NCBI GenBank assembly: GCA_963755915.1
Contig: CAVWLP010000002.1
Location: 3,744,001-3,808,000, forward strand
From: an uncultured Phycisphaerales bacterium
Lineage (GTDB): Bacteria; Planctomycetota; Phycisphaerae; Tepidisphaerales; Tepidisphaeraceae
DNA length: 64,000 bases
Direction: 5' to 3'
Numbering within the stretch: the stretch's first letter is position 1; each line of letters opens with the position of its first letter. Position numbers and translations under genes: made by a program. The notes under the pieces were generated by a model. That model saw only the letters and a list, made by a program, of their open reading frames with translations, was not told where the DNA came from and made no database searches. Below, one piece after another: positions 1 to 11,172 of this stretch.

Positions 1-1
1 G

Positions 2-58
2 CGCACCACCAACTTCGGCCCGCAGACGGCGATGGTGGTGGAGACGCCGCTGAAGTAG
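2..58 (+). CDS. 3' end of a CDS entering from the left edge (product unknown)
   Basis: Open frame RTTNFGPQTAMVVETPLK* with GC-rich codon usage, stop at 56-58; too short to identify. Confidence 0.35.
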   Translation, partial: RTTNFGPQTAMVVETPLK

Positions 59-132
59 GCGCGGATGAAAATGACCGGCCACGCAGCGATCCTAACGATC
101 GATGCGTGGCCGGGAGGAGGGTAAGCTTACGG

Positions 133-155
133 GGCTGATTCCGTATCAATCAGCC
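133..155. terminator. Hairpin between convergent genes
   Basis: ggctgatt-7nt-aatcagcc inverted repeat just beyond the stop of the 166..1092 gene. Confidence 0.4.
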
Positions 156-165
156 GAAGCGATTA

Positions 166-1092
166 TTATTTCCTTGAAACTCGACGGCGTCGCAGCATGA
201 GCATCGCGCCACCGACAGCCGCAGTAGCGAAGGACATCGGCTCGGGTACGACGCTGAAGTTGCTGAAGAGGGCATAGGACGGGTTGGTCGCCGAAACGTC
301 GCCGGTCATGGAGCGATCACCGATCATGGCACCTTGAACGGTGAGGCCTGTCGTCTCGGTTCCTGAAATGGTAGTGCCGTCGATTGTTGCGCTCACGAGG
401 CCGGAGGCCGGGTTATAGGCGAATGAGACGGTATGGGTCAATGGCCAACTGCCGCCGTCCGCCGTCGGTATACTCGTCAATGATGTAACGGGAGTCCCGG
501 TGCCGCCCCCAAAGAAAATCTCAGCATAGTTGCCACTAGCTAGTGAGGGACGAATGAAGACCCATGCAAGGACGTCGCTGGTGCTAGACGTTTCCACATC
601 GGGAACGCCTGAGCTAACGCTGGTGCTGTTTAACAAGGAGACAAAGGCCCAGGCGGTACCGGAAGTGGAGGCTTCAGAATTGAACGCGAGGTTCGTCGTC
701 TCAGTGACCGGGCCGGCCGGGCTAACGCCGATGAAGCCGTTGTCGTCCGTATGCGTGTCGGTGGTGCCAAAGACGGTTCCAGTAGCGCTGCGGACGGGAA
801 TTATCGGTTGGATGCCGCTGTAGGAACCGCCGGTTATCATGGTGGGCCATGTCGATTGAGATTGCGATGAAACGTACTGGGCGGAGGGCGTGAGCACGGC
901 ATCATTATTGGTGTAATCTGCTGACCAAGTCTCGGAGTTGCCCGAGTTGATGTCAGGACTGGAACCCGCCAAATTGCCAGTGACCGTGGCATTGGTCAAC
1001 GTGTCGAGAACGACGTCCGCGTGCCCAACCGCGGAGACTCCCGCGATGACGGCACCAGCAAAAATACAAGTTGAAAATACGCGCTTTCTCAT
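166..1092 (-). CDS. PEP-CTERM sorting-domain surface protein
   Basis: Signal peptide MRKRVF...GHA, S/T/G-rich body, C-terminal VPEP + hydrophobic helix + RRRR; GGAGG RBS before ATG at 1092. Confidence 0.88.
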   Translation of the reverse strand: MRKRVFSTCIFAGAVIAGVSAVGHADVVLDTLTNATVTGNLAGSSPDINSGNSETWSADYTNNDAVLTPSAQYVSSQSQSTWPTMITGGSYSGIQPIIPVRSATGTVFGTTDTHTDDNGFIGVSPAGPVTETTNLAFNSEASTSGTAWAFVSLLNSTSVSSGVPDVETSSTSDVLAWVFIRPSLASGNYAEIFFGGGTGTPVTSLTSIPTADGGSWPLTHTVSFAYNPASGLVSATIDGTTISGTETTGLTVQGAMIGDRSMTGDVSATNPSYALFSNFSVVPEPMSFATAAVGGAMLMLRRRRVSRK

Positions 1093-1165
1093 TACGCCTC
1101 CGGTTTGAGAGATAATTCTTTCCCGAGCCCTCCCACTCACGTCTATGAGGTACTCGCCAAACGCA

Positions 1166-1193
1166 AATGTAACACAAGTTGAAACGGTGTCAA
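1166..1193 (-). promoter_or_regulatory. sigma70-like promoter for the PEP-CTERM gene
   Basis: Minus strand TTGACA-16nt-TACATT about 75 nt upstream of the start; overlaps the imperfect palindrome TTGAAACGGTGTCAA. Confidence 0.45.
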
Positions 1194-1685
1194 GAAAAAT
1201 TTCATCTTAAAATGATGCCCTTACATCGGGCGAAAATTTGCCCGATTTCCGGATATATGGCCGAAAATAAGGAAAAATCGCCACATCCGGTTATCGCGGC
1301 CCTTTCGCGAATTGCGACGGGCCAGTTGCGGTTAAACCGGCGATTCCAAAGAAATGTTTTCAGAAATGTATGAAATTATCTCTGAAACTAATTCCTTTAA
1401 TTTCACGATTTGAGGCCGCGGAAAGGGGGAATCCAACCGGGGATTCCGCAAAAAAGGAGCGGTTATTTTGGTCCGAGCCTGGCAGGATGGATCACACAGA
1501 TTTCGCCGTTTTCCAGCGGTTTAAGCCGTTTTTCGCGGTGTTTTCCGACCCGGCGTTTTGCCCAGATAGGAGTGGCAACGATTTTTGCATTGAAAATTTC
1601 TCGAATCTATGTAAGATTCATGGTGGCCAGGATAAATACACCTCGCCCGCAAACCTGAAGCGGGCTGCAACCGGCGGAGGCTGAC

Positions 1686-2735
1686 GTGCGCTGCAAACGA
1701 AAAGGTTTCACATTAGTCGAGCTGCTCGTCGTCATCGGAATCATCGCGATCCTCATCGCGATCCTGCTGCCGGCACTGAACAAAGCGAGGGCGCAGGCGA
1801 CTTACGTGCAGTGTCAATCCAACATGCGGCAAATTGGGATGGATTTCGTCCAGTACGCCACGTCGTTTAACAATTACATTGTGCCCGCCGTCGAATGGGG
1901 TACGGCTTCGGGAACCCCGTTTAACAATAGTAACACTACTTCCGCCAACGGTTACTGGGACGAAGAATGGCCTATGATTCTTACGTCACTCGGTTATGTG
2001 CCTCTGCAGGGAATGGTCAATCCCAATAATCCGGGCACTATTGCGCCGAAACCTGATCCTCACACGGCGGCAACAAGTGTCCTCGTTTGCCCGGCCGTGC
2101 GTACTTCACTCATCTATGATGATGTTTCAGGTCAACAGACGGGCGGTACGGTTCTGGGCGTAGACGGATTTGATCGGCGAATGTCCTATTATTTGATGAA
2201 CTACAACGGAAGCAATGGGCAGATTGTGGACAGTGGGTATGGCATTAATGGCTTCGTGTACACGGGCACAGTCTTTAACCAAGCTGGCGGAAGCCACCCC
2301 CTTACCGGATCCGGAGAGCCCAATGGAAATGAGGCTTATTGCCCTTGCGGTGTATTATCAACCAACGAGACCGCCAACCCAACCACGATGCACAAGACGA
2401 CAGAATTCCACCAGTCGGCGCTTACCGTGCTCCTTTACGACGGAACAGAATGGAATGGCATGATTGCTTCCGAGTGGCGAATCAGCGGCGCGCGGCACGG
2501 GCAGTTTATGTCCAATCCTCCGGGCAAATTGATGACCACGACCGGCGGTGGGGATTACGGAACCGGAACTCTTACCCTTAATCTCAGCGGAACCACTAAC
2601 GTGCTCTTCCTCGACGGCCACGTAGAGGGCATTCCGAGGGTGGACCTTCCGGCCACTGACGCCCAGTGGACTGGAAATCGCTCGCAAATGGTTCCGAATA
2701 CGGAGTACATCTGGAACCTTCAGCAGCAGCAGTAG
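1686..2735 (+). CDS. Prepilin-type N-terminal cleavage/methylation protein with H-X9-DG-type C-terminus (DUF1559-like)
   Basis: [37 protein letters not shown]-terminal RHG...[10 protein letters not shown]. Confidence 0.92.
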   Translation: MRCKRKGFTLVELLVVIGIIAILIAILLPALNKARAQATYVQCQSNMRQIGMDFVQYATSFNNYIVPAVEWGTASGTPFNNSNTTSANGYWDEEWPMILTSLGYVPLQGMVNPNNPGTIAPKPDPHTAATSVLVCPAVRTSLIYDDVSGQQTGGTVLGVDGFDRRMSYYLMNYNGSNGQIVDSGYGINGFVYTGTVFNQAGGSHPLTGSGEPNGNEAYCPCGVLSTNETANPTTMHKTTEFHQSALTVLLYDGTEWNGMIASEWRISGARHGQFMSNPPGKLMTTTGGGDYGTGTLTLNLSGTTNVLFLDGHVEGIPRVDLPATDAQWTGNRSQMVPNTEYIWNLQQQQ

Positions 2736-2765
2736 GCACGACGAGTACGGCTGCCGTTCAGAGCT

Positions 2766-4028
2766 TCATTTGCTACCGGCCGCTGATATTTCCAAATCGT
2801 CTATATAGGCCATCTGGGCCGCGGAAACCTTCGAACAATAGACCGTCGCGGTTGAATTGTGCTGGCCCGTCGTGAATTGCATGCTGATCTTGCGATATCC
2901 GCTGACCGTATCGGTCGTCCACACCTCATCGCCGCCGAAGTATTTCACACCCAAACGGACCTCACCGCGGTCGGCGGCGTCCGCCCAGGCGGTGAGCGTG
3001 TACGTTGTATTCGGCTGAAGTCCGAAAATCCGCTGCTGTACCGATGCGGGCGAGCCGATCAAACAGAGCGCATGCCCGCCGTTGTGGGCGTGATCCGTGA
3101 CGATGCTCGCCTTGCCCGTGGCCGTCCACGGCGCCAGTGTGGGATCCTCAAAGCCCGTGTTGTGAAACGGTACCACCGGCGGACGCTGGTAAACACGAAT
3201 GTAGTCCACCAGAAACGCATTGGAAAAAACCGTCTGCGGCGTGGGCAGCGGATCGGAGGTTACGCCGCTGTTGAGGATCAGGTACATGGGCACGTCCGGC
3301 GACTGGGCGCCGTAGATACGGACCCTGATCTTGCCGTCCATGTTCATGAGCTGATATCCGGGGCCCCATTCCATTCCATAGGTGTGGAACCCCATCGGCA
3401 CGCTGTCGACATGGCGGCTGTTCCACTGGACCCGGCCGCTCATCGGGAGGCGATAGGCATAGCCCTGGTGGAAGTGAGGCAGGGGGCGGCCGGTCCAGAA
3501 CTCGGCGATGTCGTCCTCGGGCGGCCAGCCGGCGGAAAGCATCCAGAAGGCGGGCCACAAACCGGGGCCGGCGTCTTCGGGAACCTTGGCGCGGATTTCG
3601 CAGTAGCCATATTTATAGTCAAATTTTCCCTGGGTCTGGATGAAGGCCTGCGTGTAATGGAACGTCCGCCCGCGATGGTCCACCACATCGGTTTTCTTTG
3701 TCAGCAGGGCGAGCATTCCGTTTTGGAACTGCACGTCGTCGTCCTCGATCAGGCTGGCATACATTGCATTGTGATGCTGATGGGCGCCATCGTCGCCAGC
3801 CCAGGAAAGGCCGCTGGTCCACTTGGTTAGATCGAGGCTGGTTTCGGTGAACTCATCGTGCCAGAGGAGTTTCCATTGGTTGCCGGGAGCGGTCAGGAAA
3901 TTGTCTCCCGCGAGGGTCGATGGGGCATCACCTTTGGGATTTGCGAGGGCGACTTCGGCCATGAAAACTGCCAGTGCCCATGCCCCCAGCCGGGCAAAAC
4001 TTGGCATATTGGATTTGGTTGATCTCAT
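2766..4028 (-). CDS. Glycoside hydrolase family 16 with C-terminal carbohydrate-binding (CBM4/9-like) module
   Basis: Signal peptide; WKLLWHDEF, KYGYCEIRAK, GLWPAFWML, WPPEDDIAE (ExDxxE), VDYIRVYQ; NTGFE...LQPNTTYTLTAW CBM-like tail. Confidence 0.88.
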   Translation of the reverse strand: MRSTKSNMPSFARLGAWALAVFMAEVALANPKGDAPSTLAGDNFLTAPGNQWKLLWHDEFTETSLDLTKWTSGLSWAGDDGAHQHHNAMYASLIEDDDVQFQNGMLALLTKKTDVVDHRGRTFHYTQAFIQTQGKFDYKYGYCEIRAKVPEDAGPGLWPAFWMLSAGWPPEDDIAEFWTGRPLPHFHQGYAYRLPMSGRVQWNSRHVDSVPMGFHTYGMEWGPGYQLMNMDGKIRVRIYGAQSPDVPMYLILNSGVTSDPLPTPQTVFSNAFLVDYIRVYQRPPVVPFHNTGFEDPTLAPWTATGKASIVTDHAHNGGHALCLIGSPASVQQRIFGLQPNTTYTLTAWADAADRGEVRLGVKYFGGDEVWTTDTVSGYRKISMQFTTGQHNSTATVYCSKVSAAQMAYIDDLEISAAGSK

Positions 4029-4161
4029 CCAGTTACCTCCTGCATCCCCTTCTCTGCCATAAAGTTGCGACCCGGATTGGGCCCTGTCCAATCCCAGTCG
4101 CTACAGCCGTTATATCCGGCGGCCACAACTCACTTCCGCCGCGCCGCTAATATAACATGAT

Positions 4162-4186
4162 TTACATTTCGTTACATGAAATGTAA
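4162..4186. promoter_or_regulatory. Candidate operator palindrome between the divergent GH16 and LacI genes
   Basis: TTACATTTC-7nt-GAAATGTAA perfect 9-bp inverted repeat in an AT-rich spacer. Confidence 0.5.
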
Positions 4187-4241
4187 GATACACAAATCGC
4201 CGGGGAGGACTTTCGGGAGGGACTTTGGAGTCAGAATTACC

Positions 4242-5333
4242 ATGAGCGTCGTGCGTCAAAAATCGATCGCCAATGTCGCCAAGGCGGCCGGGGTTTCGAC
4301 GGCCACCGTTTCGCGCGTTCTGAACAATTTTCCCCATGTCCGCGAGGAGACGATTCGCCGGGTTCGGGAGGCCGTGCAGGCGCTGAACTACAGCCCGCTG
4401 CGGACGCGCCGGGACCTGAGCGATGAGGACGGCTTTGGCCGGGCGCGGCCGGGCGCACGGGGAACATTGCGGTGATCACGCTGGGGCAGGCGCGAATGGC
4501 TGCAACTGCCCGTCATGGCGGGGGCGGTCGCCGGGATTCGGACGGCTGTTACCGAGCGCGGATACCGGCTGGTGCTGGATGAACTGCTTGATGCAACCAA
4601 GCCGCACCGGCTGATCGATCGCCGGGAGATCGATGGGGCCATCGTGTTTGTGACCGGGAGCTTCAGCTCCGAGCGCTGCAACGAAGCGCTCGACATCGTG
4701 AGCCAGAAGATTCCGCTCGTCTGGGCGATGGGCGAAGAGTACGGCAACTACGATGTCGATCACGTCACCTGCGACAACGTACACATTGGGCACCTGGCCT
4801 ATAACTTCCTGCGAAACAAGCGCTGCCAGGAGGTGGCGCTGATTGCGTTGAATCCGTCGTGGACGTTCATGCGGCTGCGGGCACAGGCGTTTTTGAACGC
4901 GGCCTACGACGGCAACCAGCGAGCAACCGCTTACGTCATCAGCCAGGACGAGATGGTCCTGGATTCGTATGGCAAGCGCGTCGTACCCGCGAAAAATCCG
5001 GAGGAGCTGGTGGCGAAACTTCTCGGCGGCCCGCGGCGGCCCGACGGAATTTTTATTCTTAACGACCACGCCACCTCGACGATCATCCCGATTCTGAATC
5101 GGCAGGGGATTCGAACCGATCGCGATATTACGATTGTGTCGTGCGACAATGAGGAATCGCGGCTGGCGGCGCTTCAACCGCGGCCGACGACGATCGACAT
5201 CCGCTCGGAAGAGGTCGGCTACCGTGCGATGGTGCGGCTGGCGTCGCGCATGCGCAACCCCGAGGAGACACCGCTGGTGGTTCGCGTGGCGGCGAAGCTC
5301 ATCGAACCGCCCACGATGAGCGAGTTGTATTGA
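4242..5333 (+). CDS. LacI-family transcriptional regulator (frameshifted, probably sequencing error)
   Basis: [24 protein letters not shown]; sugar-binding domain ending DITIVSCDN...PRPTTID; frames break at about 4445-4495. Confidence 0.9.
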
Positions 5334-5618
5334 GATTTCCTTATAGTAATTTCCCAACATTTCCCAAAATTACACACATTTGGGGTTATTGACGGGTAAT
5401 GCTTTGGACGGGAAAAGCGCGCGCCTCTATATAAGGGTCCGGAGGGTGAACATTTTGTACCTATTTTTCAAAAATCCGCGGAATTTTTTGTGCGATTCGG
5501 TAGAACGTCAAGAATCTGACAGGGGACCGGGCGGTGAGTTCAATTCGTTTCATCGTTCAGAAACGGCAGATGTAAATTAATGAAAAATCGGTATAATTTC
5601 GCCACTTAAAATTCCGGC

Positions 5619-7988
5619 ATGAATATCCCCATAAGTCTTTTGGCCAAGTCTGCTTTTGCTGTCGCTGTGATGTGGTCCGCTGCCGCGGGGGCGGCGGAGT
5701 CGACGGTTGGCTCGCATCAGTTTGCCATCGGCACTTCAGACTTTCTCCTCGACGGACGGCGCTTTCAGATTCGCTGCGGGGAGATGCATTTCGCCCGGGT
5801 TCCGCGGGAGTATTGGCAGGATCGGCTGCGCACGATCAAGGCGATGGGGCTTAATACCGTCTGCGTCTATCTCTTCTGGAATTATCACGAGTGGAACGAG
5901 GGAAAATTCGACTGGTCGGGCCAGCGCGACGCGGCAGAGTTCTGCCGGCTGGCGCAGCAGGAGGGATTGTGGGTGATCCTGCGGCCGGGGCCGTATGCGT
6001 GCGCCGAATGGGAAATGGGCGGACTGCCGTGGTGGCTGCTGAAGAAGGGGGACGGGGATTTTTTGCGGACGAGCGATCCGAGGTTTATCGAGCCGTGCCG
6101 GCAGTGGTTTAATGAAGTCGGGAGGGTGCTCGGTCCTCTGCAAGTCACGCATGGGGGGCCGATCCTGATGGTGCAGGTGGAAAACGAATATGGGTTCTAC
6201 GGCAAAGACCTGAACTACATGCGCACGCTGCGGCAGATTGTTTTGAACGCGGGATTCAATGTGCCGCTCTTTTGCTGTAATCCGACGAATGAAGTGGTGC
6301 GGTCGCACATTCCGGAGCTATTTTCGGTGGCGAATTTCGGGTCGGATCCACAGCGGGGGTTTGAGGCGCTGGATGAGATTCAAAAGGGGCCGCGCATGTG
6401 CGGGGAATTTTATCCGGGGTGGTTCGATACCTGGGGGACGCCACACAAGCGCGGGCATATGGATGCGATGCTTCGGGATCTTGAATATATGCTGAAGGTG
6501 GATGGTTCGTTCAGCCTGTACATGGCGCACGGCGGGACGACGTTTGGCATGTGGGCGGGATGTGATCGGCCGTTCCGGCCTGACACCAGCAGCTATGACT
6601 ACGATGCCCCGATCTCCGAGGCGGGATGGACGACGCCGAAATTCGCGGCGATTCGCGAGCTGATGTCGCGATATCTCCTGCCCGGCGAAACGATTCCTGA
6701 TCCGCCGGCGGCGAATCCAGTGATGGAAATTCCGGCGTTTTCGTTGAATCAAACGGCGCCGGTGCTGGACAATTTGCCGAGCACGGCGATTGAGGTTCAG
6801 ACGCCGCGGAACATTGAAGCGTACAACATCAGCCGGGGGCTGATTACGTATCGCGCGACGGTTCCGCCCGGCCCGGCGGGAATGCTTTCGGCGGCGAATG
6901 TTCGCGATTTCGCGTGGGTATTCCTGGATGGCCGGCAGGTTGGAATGATGGAGGATCGGCACCGGCGGTTTTCCGTGAATCTGCCGGCGCGAACGAACCC
7001 AGCGAGCCTGGAAATTCTTCTCTATACGCTTTCGCGCGTGAATTTTGGCGTGGAAGTGCATGACCGGAAGGGATTGCAGGGGCCGATCTATTTCACGCCG
7101 CGGGATGGAGAGCCGCAGGAGATCAGCGGCTGGCAAATTCTCCCTATGGATTTCGGCGCTGATGCGGCGATTCCGCAGGTCAGGTGGCAAAACGGCGCAA
7201 ACCAATCCACCGGGAAGTCTCCGGCCTTCTGGCGCGGATCGTTTGATCTGACGCAAACGGGGGACACGTTTCTCGATGTTTCCAACTGGGGCTTCGGGCT
7301 TGCCTGGGTGAACGGGCACTGTCTCGGGAAGTTCTGGAACATCGGGCCGACGCAGACGATGTATGTGCCTCGGCCGTGGCTGCAGACCGGAAGCAACGAT
7401 GTGGTTTTGCTCGACCTTGTGGGTCCGGACCAGCCGGTGCTTTCGGGGGTAAAGACGCCGGTGCTGGATCGGCTGCGGCCGGAGAAGGACTTTTATCAGA
7501 AGAACGATAAGGGCGTGCTGAAGCTCGATGGCGTTTCGCCGGCGATTGCCGGGCAGTTCCAAGCCGGAAGCGCGACGCAGCAGATTACGTTTTCCAAACC
7601 CGTCACCGGCCTGCAATTCTGCCTGGAATGTTTAGATGCCTGGGACGGCAAGGAATCCGCGGCGGTTGCGGAAATCGCACTGCTCGATGCGTCGGGGAAT
7701 CCGATCAATCAATCGGCCTGGACGATCGCCTATGCGGACAGCGAAGAAAGTGAATCCGAGGACGGCTCGGCCCTCAACGCCATCAACGGGCAGGTTTCCG
7801 ATTACTGGCATACGCAAATTAGCGGCGGGAAACCGGCTCATTTTCCGCATTACCTGGTGATTGATCTTGGAGGTTCGGTGGAGGTCTGCGGGTTGCGATA
7901 TACGCCGCGGCAGGGGCCGGACAGTGTGGCGGGGCGGATCAAGGATTATCGAGCGTTTGTGGGGGATAATTTGGTGACGCAGCCGTGA
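5619..7988 (+). CDS. Beta-galactosidase GH35 with C-terminal F5/8 (discoidin) domain
   Basis: GEMHFARVPREYW, LRPGPYACAEWEMGGLP, QVENEYG, EFYPGWFD, YMAHGGT, YDYDAPISE; AING...YWHT discoidin tail. Confidence 0.95.
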   Translation: MNIPISLLAKSAFAVAVMWSAAAGAAESTVGSHQFAIGTSDFLLDGRRFQIRCGEMHFARVPREYWQDRLRTIKAMGLNTVCVYLFWNYHEWNEGKFDWSGQRDAAEFCRLAQQEGLWVILRPGPYACAEWEMGGLPWWLLKKGDGDFLRTSDPRFIEPCRQWFNEVGRVLGPLQVTHGGPILMVQVENEYGFYGKDLNYMRTLRQIVLNAGFNVPLFCCNPTNEVVRSHIPELFSVANFGSDPQRGFEALDEIQKGPRMCGEFYPGWFDTWGTPHKRGHMDAMLRDLEYMLKVDGSFSLYMAHGGTTFGMWAGCDRPFRPDTSSYDYDAPISEAGWTTPKFAAIRELMSRYLLPGETIPDPPAANPVMEIPAFSLNQTAPVLDNLPSTAIEVQTPRNIEAYNISRGLITYRATVPPGPAGMLSAANVRDFAWVFLDGRQVGMMEDRHRRFSVNLPARTNPASLEILLYTLSRVNFGVEVHDRKGLQGPIYFTPRDGEPQEISGWQILPMDFGADAAIPQVRWQNGANQSTGKSPAFWRGSFDLTQTGDTFLDVSNWGFGLAWVNGHCLGKFWNIGPTQTMYVPRPWLQTGSNDVVLLDLVGPDQPVLSGVKTPVLDRLRPEKDFYQKNDKGVLKLDGVSPAIAGQFQAGSATQQITFSKPVTGLQFCLECLDAWDGKESAAVAEIALLDASGNPINQSAWTIAYADSEESESEDGSALNAINGQVSDYWHTQISGGKPAHFPHYLVIDLGGSVEVCGLRYTPRQGPDSVAGRIKDYRAFVGDNLVTQP

Positions 7989-8056
7989 GCGAAAAACGCG
8001 CACCCCTGCGGGGTTGCGGCTAAACAAGAGGGGGGGATCGTGATGGGGGGGCCGGT

Positions 8057-9535
8057 TTAGAGCGGCCGCCGATCGGAAGGTTCAACAAGTGATCCGGTTC
8101 GCCCGTGCCTGGCGTTGAGTGCGGCGTTGCGCGCCGCGACGTTTTTCGCGTCGGCAGAAATCGTGACATCAATCGATTCCTCCGGCTGTTTCTCGGTTGC
8201 CGCGAGAATATCATCGATTGCAACCGGCGATTCCCCGTTGTTTTCAGTGGCGAGCAGGCCGTTGACCTCGAGATCGTGGGCGCCATTGGCGATTACCGGG
8301 CGACCCAGATGATGGTAGAGATCGACGCGCTGCAGCCGGACGTTTTTCACGCTTTCGAGCACAAACCCCGCGCGGCACATGTCGGGGCAACCGACGGCCA
8401 TGGCCGGCGCCGGCCAGCTTGTTGTTCGAATCCATGTAAACGGAAACGTCGTCGAGGGAAATGTCCTCGGCAAACTGCTCGGGCAGGCCGCGGATATAGG
8501 CGGCGGCGTACTTGGCGCCGTAGACGGCGATATTGCGGAAGCGCAGTCCGCGAATGCGCGGGGTGAGATCGGTCACCGGCGCGGGCGCGGATCAAACATG
8601 GGGTCGTCCTCTGAAGCGCCGCACTCGTAAAAGAGGTTGACGACGATGGGGCAAAGGACGTCGTTCATGATGATGTTGTCGGCCCAGAGGTCTTCGACGC
8701 AGCCACCGCGTCCGCGGCGCGATTTCACGCGCACACCGCGTTCGGTGCCGCGGAAGATGCAGTTGGAGACAGTGACGTTTCGCACCCCGCCGGAGGTTTC
8801 GCTGCCGATGACCAGCCCGCCGTGTCCGTGCAGCATCATGCAGTTGGTGACGGTGATGTTCTGGCAGGGGCGCGGCTCGGGGCGCATGTCTTCGATGGAG
8901 CCGGACTTGATGGCAATGCAGTCGTCGCCGACGTCGATCTGGCAGCCGCAGATTCGCACATTGCTGCACGAATCGGGATTGATGCCGTCGGTGTTGGGCG
9001 AATCGTATGGGTTGCGGACGACAAGCGAGGAGATGATGACGTTTTCGCAGGCGACGGGGTTGATCGTCCAGCGGGGGGAGTTGGTGATGGTGAGGCCGTC
9101 GATGAGAACATCGCGGCAGTTGACGAGGCGAATCAGGTTGGGACGCGTGTAAGCGAGTTTCCCGGCGTTGAAGAGGTCCCACCAGAATGCTCCGCGGCCA
9201 TCGATGGTGCCGTCGCCCTTGAGCGCCACATTTTTGAGCCCTTCGCCGCCGATGAGGGGGGAATGGATCGGCGAGGCAGAGCCTTCCCAGAGGCTATGGG
9301 AAACAGGGAAAGCGTTGACATCGGTATGGGCGGCGATGACGGCGCCGGCGGCGAGGTCGAGAGTGACGTTGCTGCGCATCAGCAGGGCGCCGGTGATATA
9401 GGTTCCCGGCGGGAAATGGACGGTGCCGCCGCCGGACTGGGCGCAGGCGTCTATGGCGCGCTGAAGCGAAGCGGTGCAGGGGGCGGAGCCGTCGCTGTGG
9501 ACCCCAAACTGTTTGACGTTGACGATGTCGCGCAT
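8057..9535 (-). CDS. GH28 polygalacturonase-family enzyme without signal peptide (frameshifted C-terminus)
   Basis: NTDG, GDDCIAIKSG, GHGG, RVKS motifs; continues through ORFs 8244..8576 and 8057..8473. Confidence 0.9.
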
Positions 9536-9769
9536 GGTGTTTGTGCCAGCCCCGAGCCACGCATCATGGCCGTTAAATCATCATATGAATTTAGACGTTC
9601 ACGGCGGCGATTATCTTTATCGAGTTCGCGGCAAATGCTTGCGATTTCACGTATTGGGCCCTTTTCCCGATAATATTCCATAAACCCGCGGGAATTGGGC
9701 AAATCTCGCAACCCGCTGGTGAGCGACAGGACTGGCGATATATTGTGTTTGCGTCGGAGAAGCGCGTCA

Positions 9770-11046
9770 ATGGCAAAGCACGAAAAAGAGACGATTAACG
9801 CAAAACGAAAATACTCGCGCGAGGCGCCGCACTCCAAGCACGTGGCGTTGATCGTCGAAGCCGCCATCGCGCCGCGCCGGCTGCTGCTGACGGGAATCGC
9901 CCGCTACATCCAGGAACACGAGCCGTGGTGCGTTTACTTGAAGCCTGCCGGCGTGGAGCAGGACCTCGCCCAGTGGCTGCAGAACTGGGACGGGGACGGG
10001 ATCATCGTTTCCGCCAGCGACCCAGATAACAGCATTTCGCCGCGTTCGGGGATTTCGGTGGTGGATCTGTTCGGCAGCATGCGGGAGCGGAACTTTCCGA
10101 TGGTCCACGCCGACGATCTCGCCGCCGGGCGAATCGGCGCGGAGCACCTGCTTTCACGCGGGTTCAAGCACTTTGGGTTTTGGCGATACATTGACAAGGA
10201 CGCCGCCTGGTCGGGCCGCAGGTTCGAAGGGTTTCGCAACGCGCTCCCCTCAGACGCCACCTGCCAGGTGTACGAAAGCCATTTCCCCAAGGCAGGCTCC
10301 GGCGGCCCGCGAACGTGGGAACACCAGCAGCGCGAGCTAATGACCTGGCTGACAAAACTGCCGAAACCGGCGGGCGTCATGACTTCCACGGACCTGATGG
10401 GTCAGCAGATGCTGGAAGCCTGCCAGCGCGCGGAGATTCACGTGCCAGAGGAGATCGCGGTGATAGGGGTGGATAATGATGAACCCATCTGCCGAATTGC
10501 GACCCCGCCGCTTTCCAGCGTTGCGCTGAACGATCATCAGCGGGGATACGAAGCGGCGGCGCTGCTGGCTCGGCTGATGGGGGGGAGAAGGTGCCCAAGG
10601 AGCCGATCTGGATTCAGCCTTCGGGCGTGGTGGCCCGGTCGTCGACCGATTTCATGGCGATTGATGATGGATCGATCGTCAAAGCGCTGAGGTTTCTTCG
10701 CGAAAACGCCTGCTTCAACATCAATGTTGACGATCTGGTTCGGGAAATCTCGCTTTCGCGAAGCGTTTTGGAGTGCCGGTTTCGCAAAGCGGTGGGGCGT
10801 ACGATTGGGGCGGAGATCGTGCGGCTTCGCGTCGATCACGCCGTTGGGTTGCTGTGTAATACCAACATGGAATTGAAGGCGATTGCCTATCACTCGGGGT
10901 TTGGGTCGCAGGCGTATATGAACGCCGTATTTCGGAAAAAGCTGGGGAAGACGCCGGGGTCCTACCGGGACCATCTGCGGCCGCAATCGTCGGGGCGGGG
11001 GCGGAATTCACCGCTGGATTCGGGGGGGCTGGAATTTGGCGGGTGA
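9770..11046 (+). CDS. XylR-type regulator (periplasmic-binding fold + AraC HTH), frameshifted in a G run near 10580
   Basis: WDGDGII, VPEEIAVIGVDND, PPLSSV, ARSSTD, AraC tail IAYHSGFGSQAYMNAVFRKKLGKTPGSYR. Confidence 0.9.
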
Positions 11047-11172
11047 TGCGGCCCGATTTTCATCGTCCTCAATCATCCCGCTCGAATTTCTAAATCGATA
11101 AATGCAATCGCGAAACGGAATTGGATGGGCGCGGCGACGATGCAGGTGTAAAAATGTCGGCGATCCAATCGG

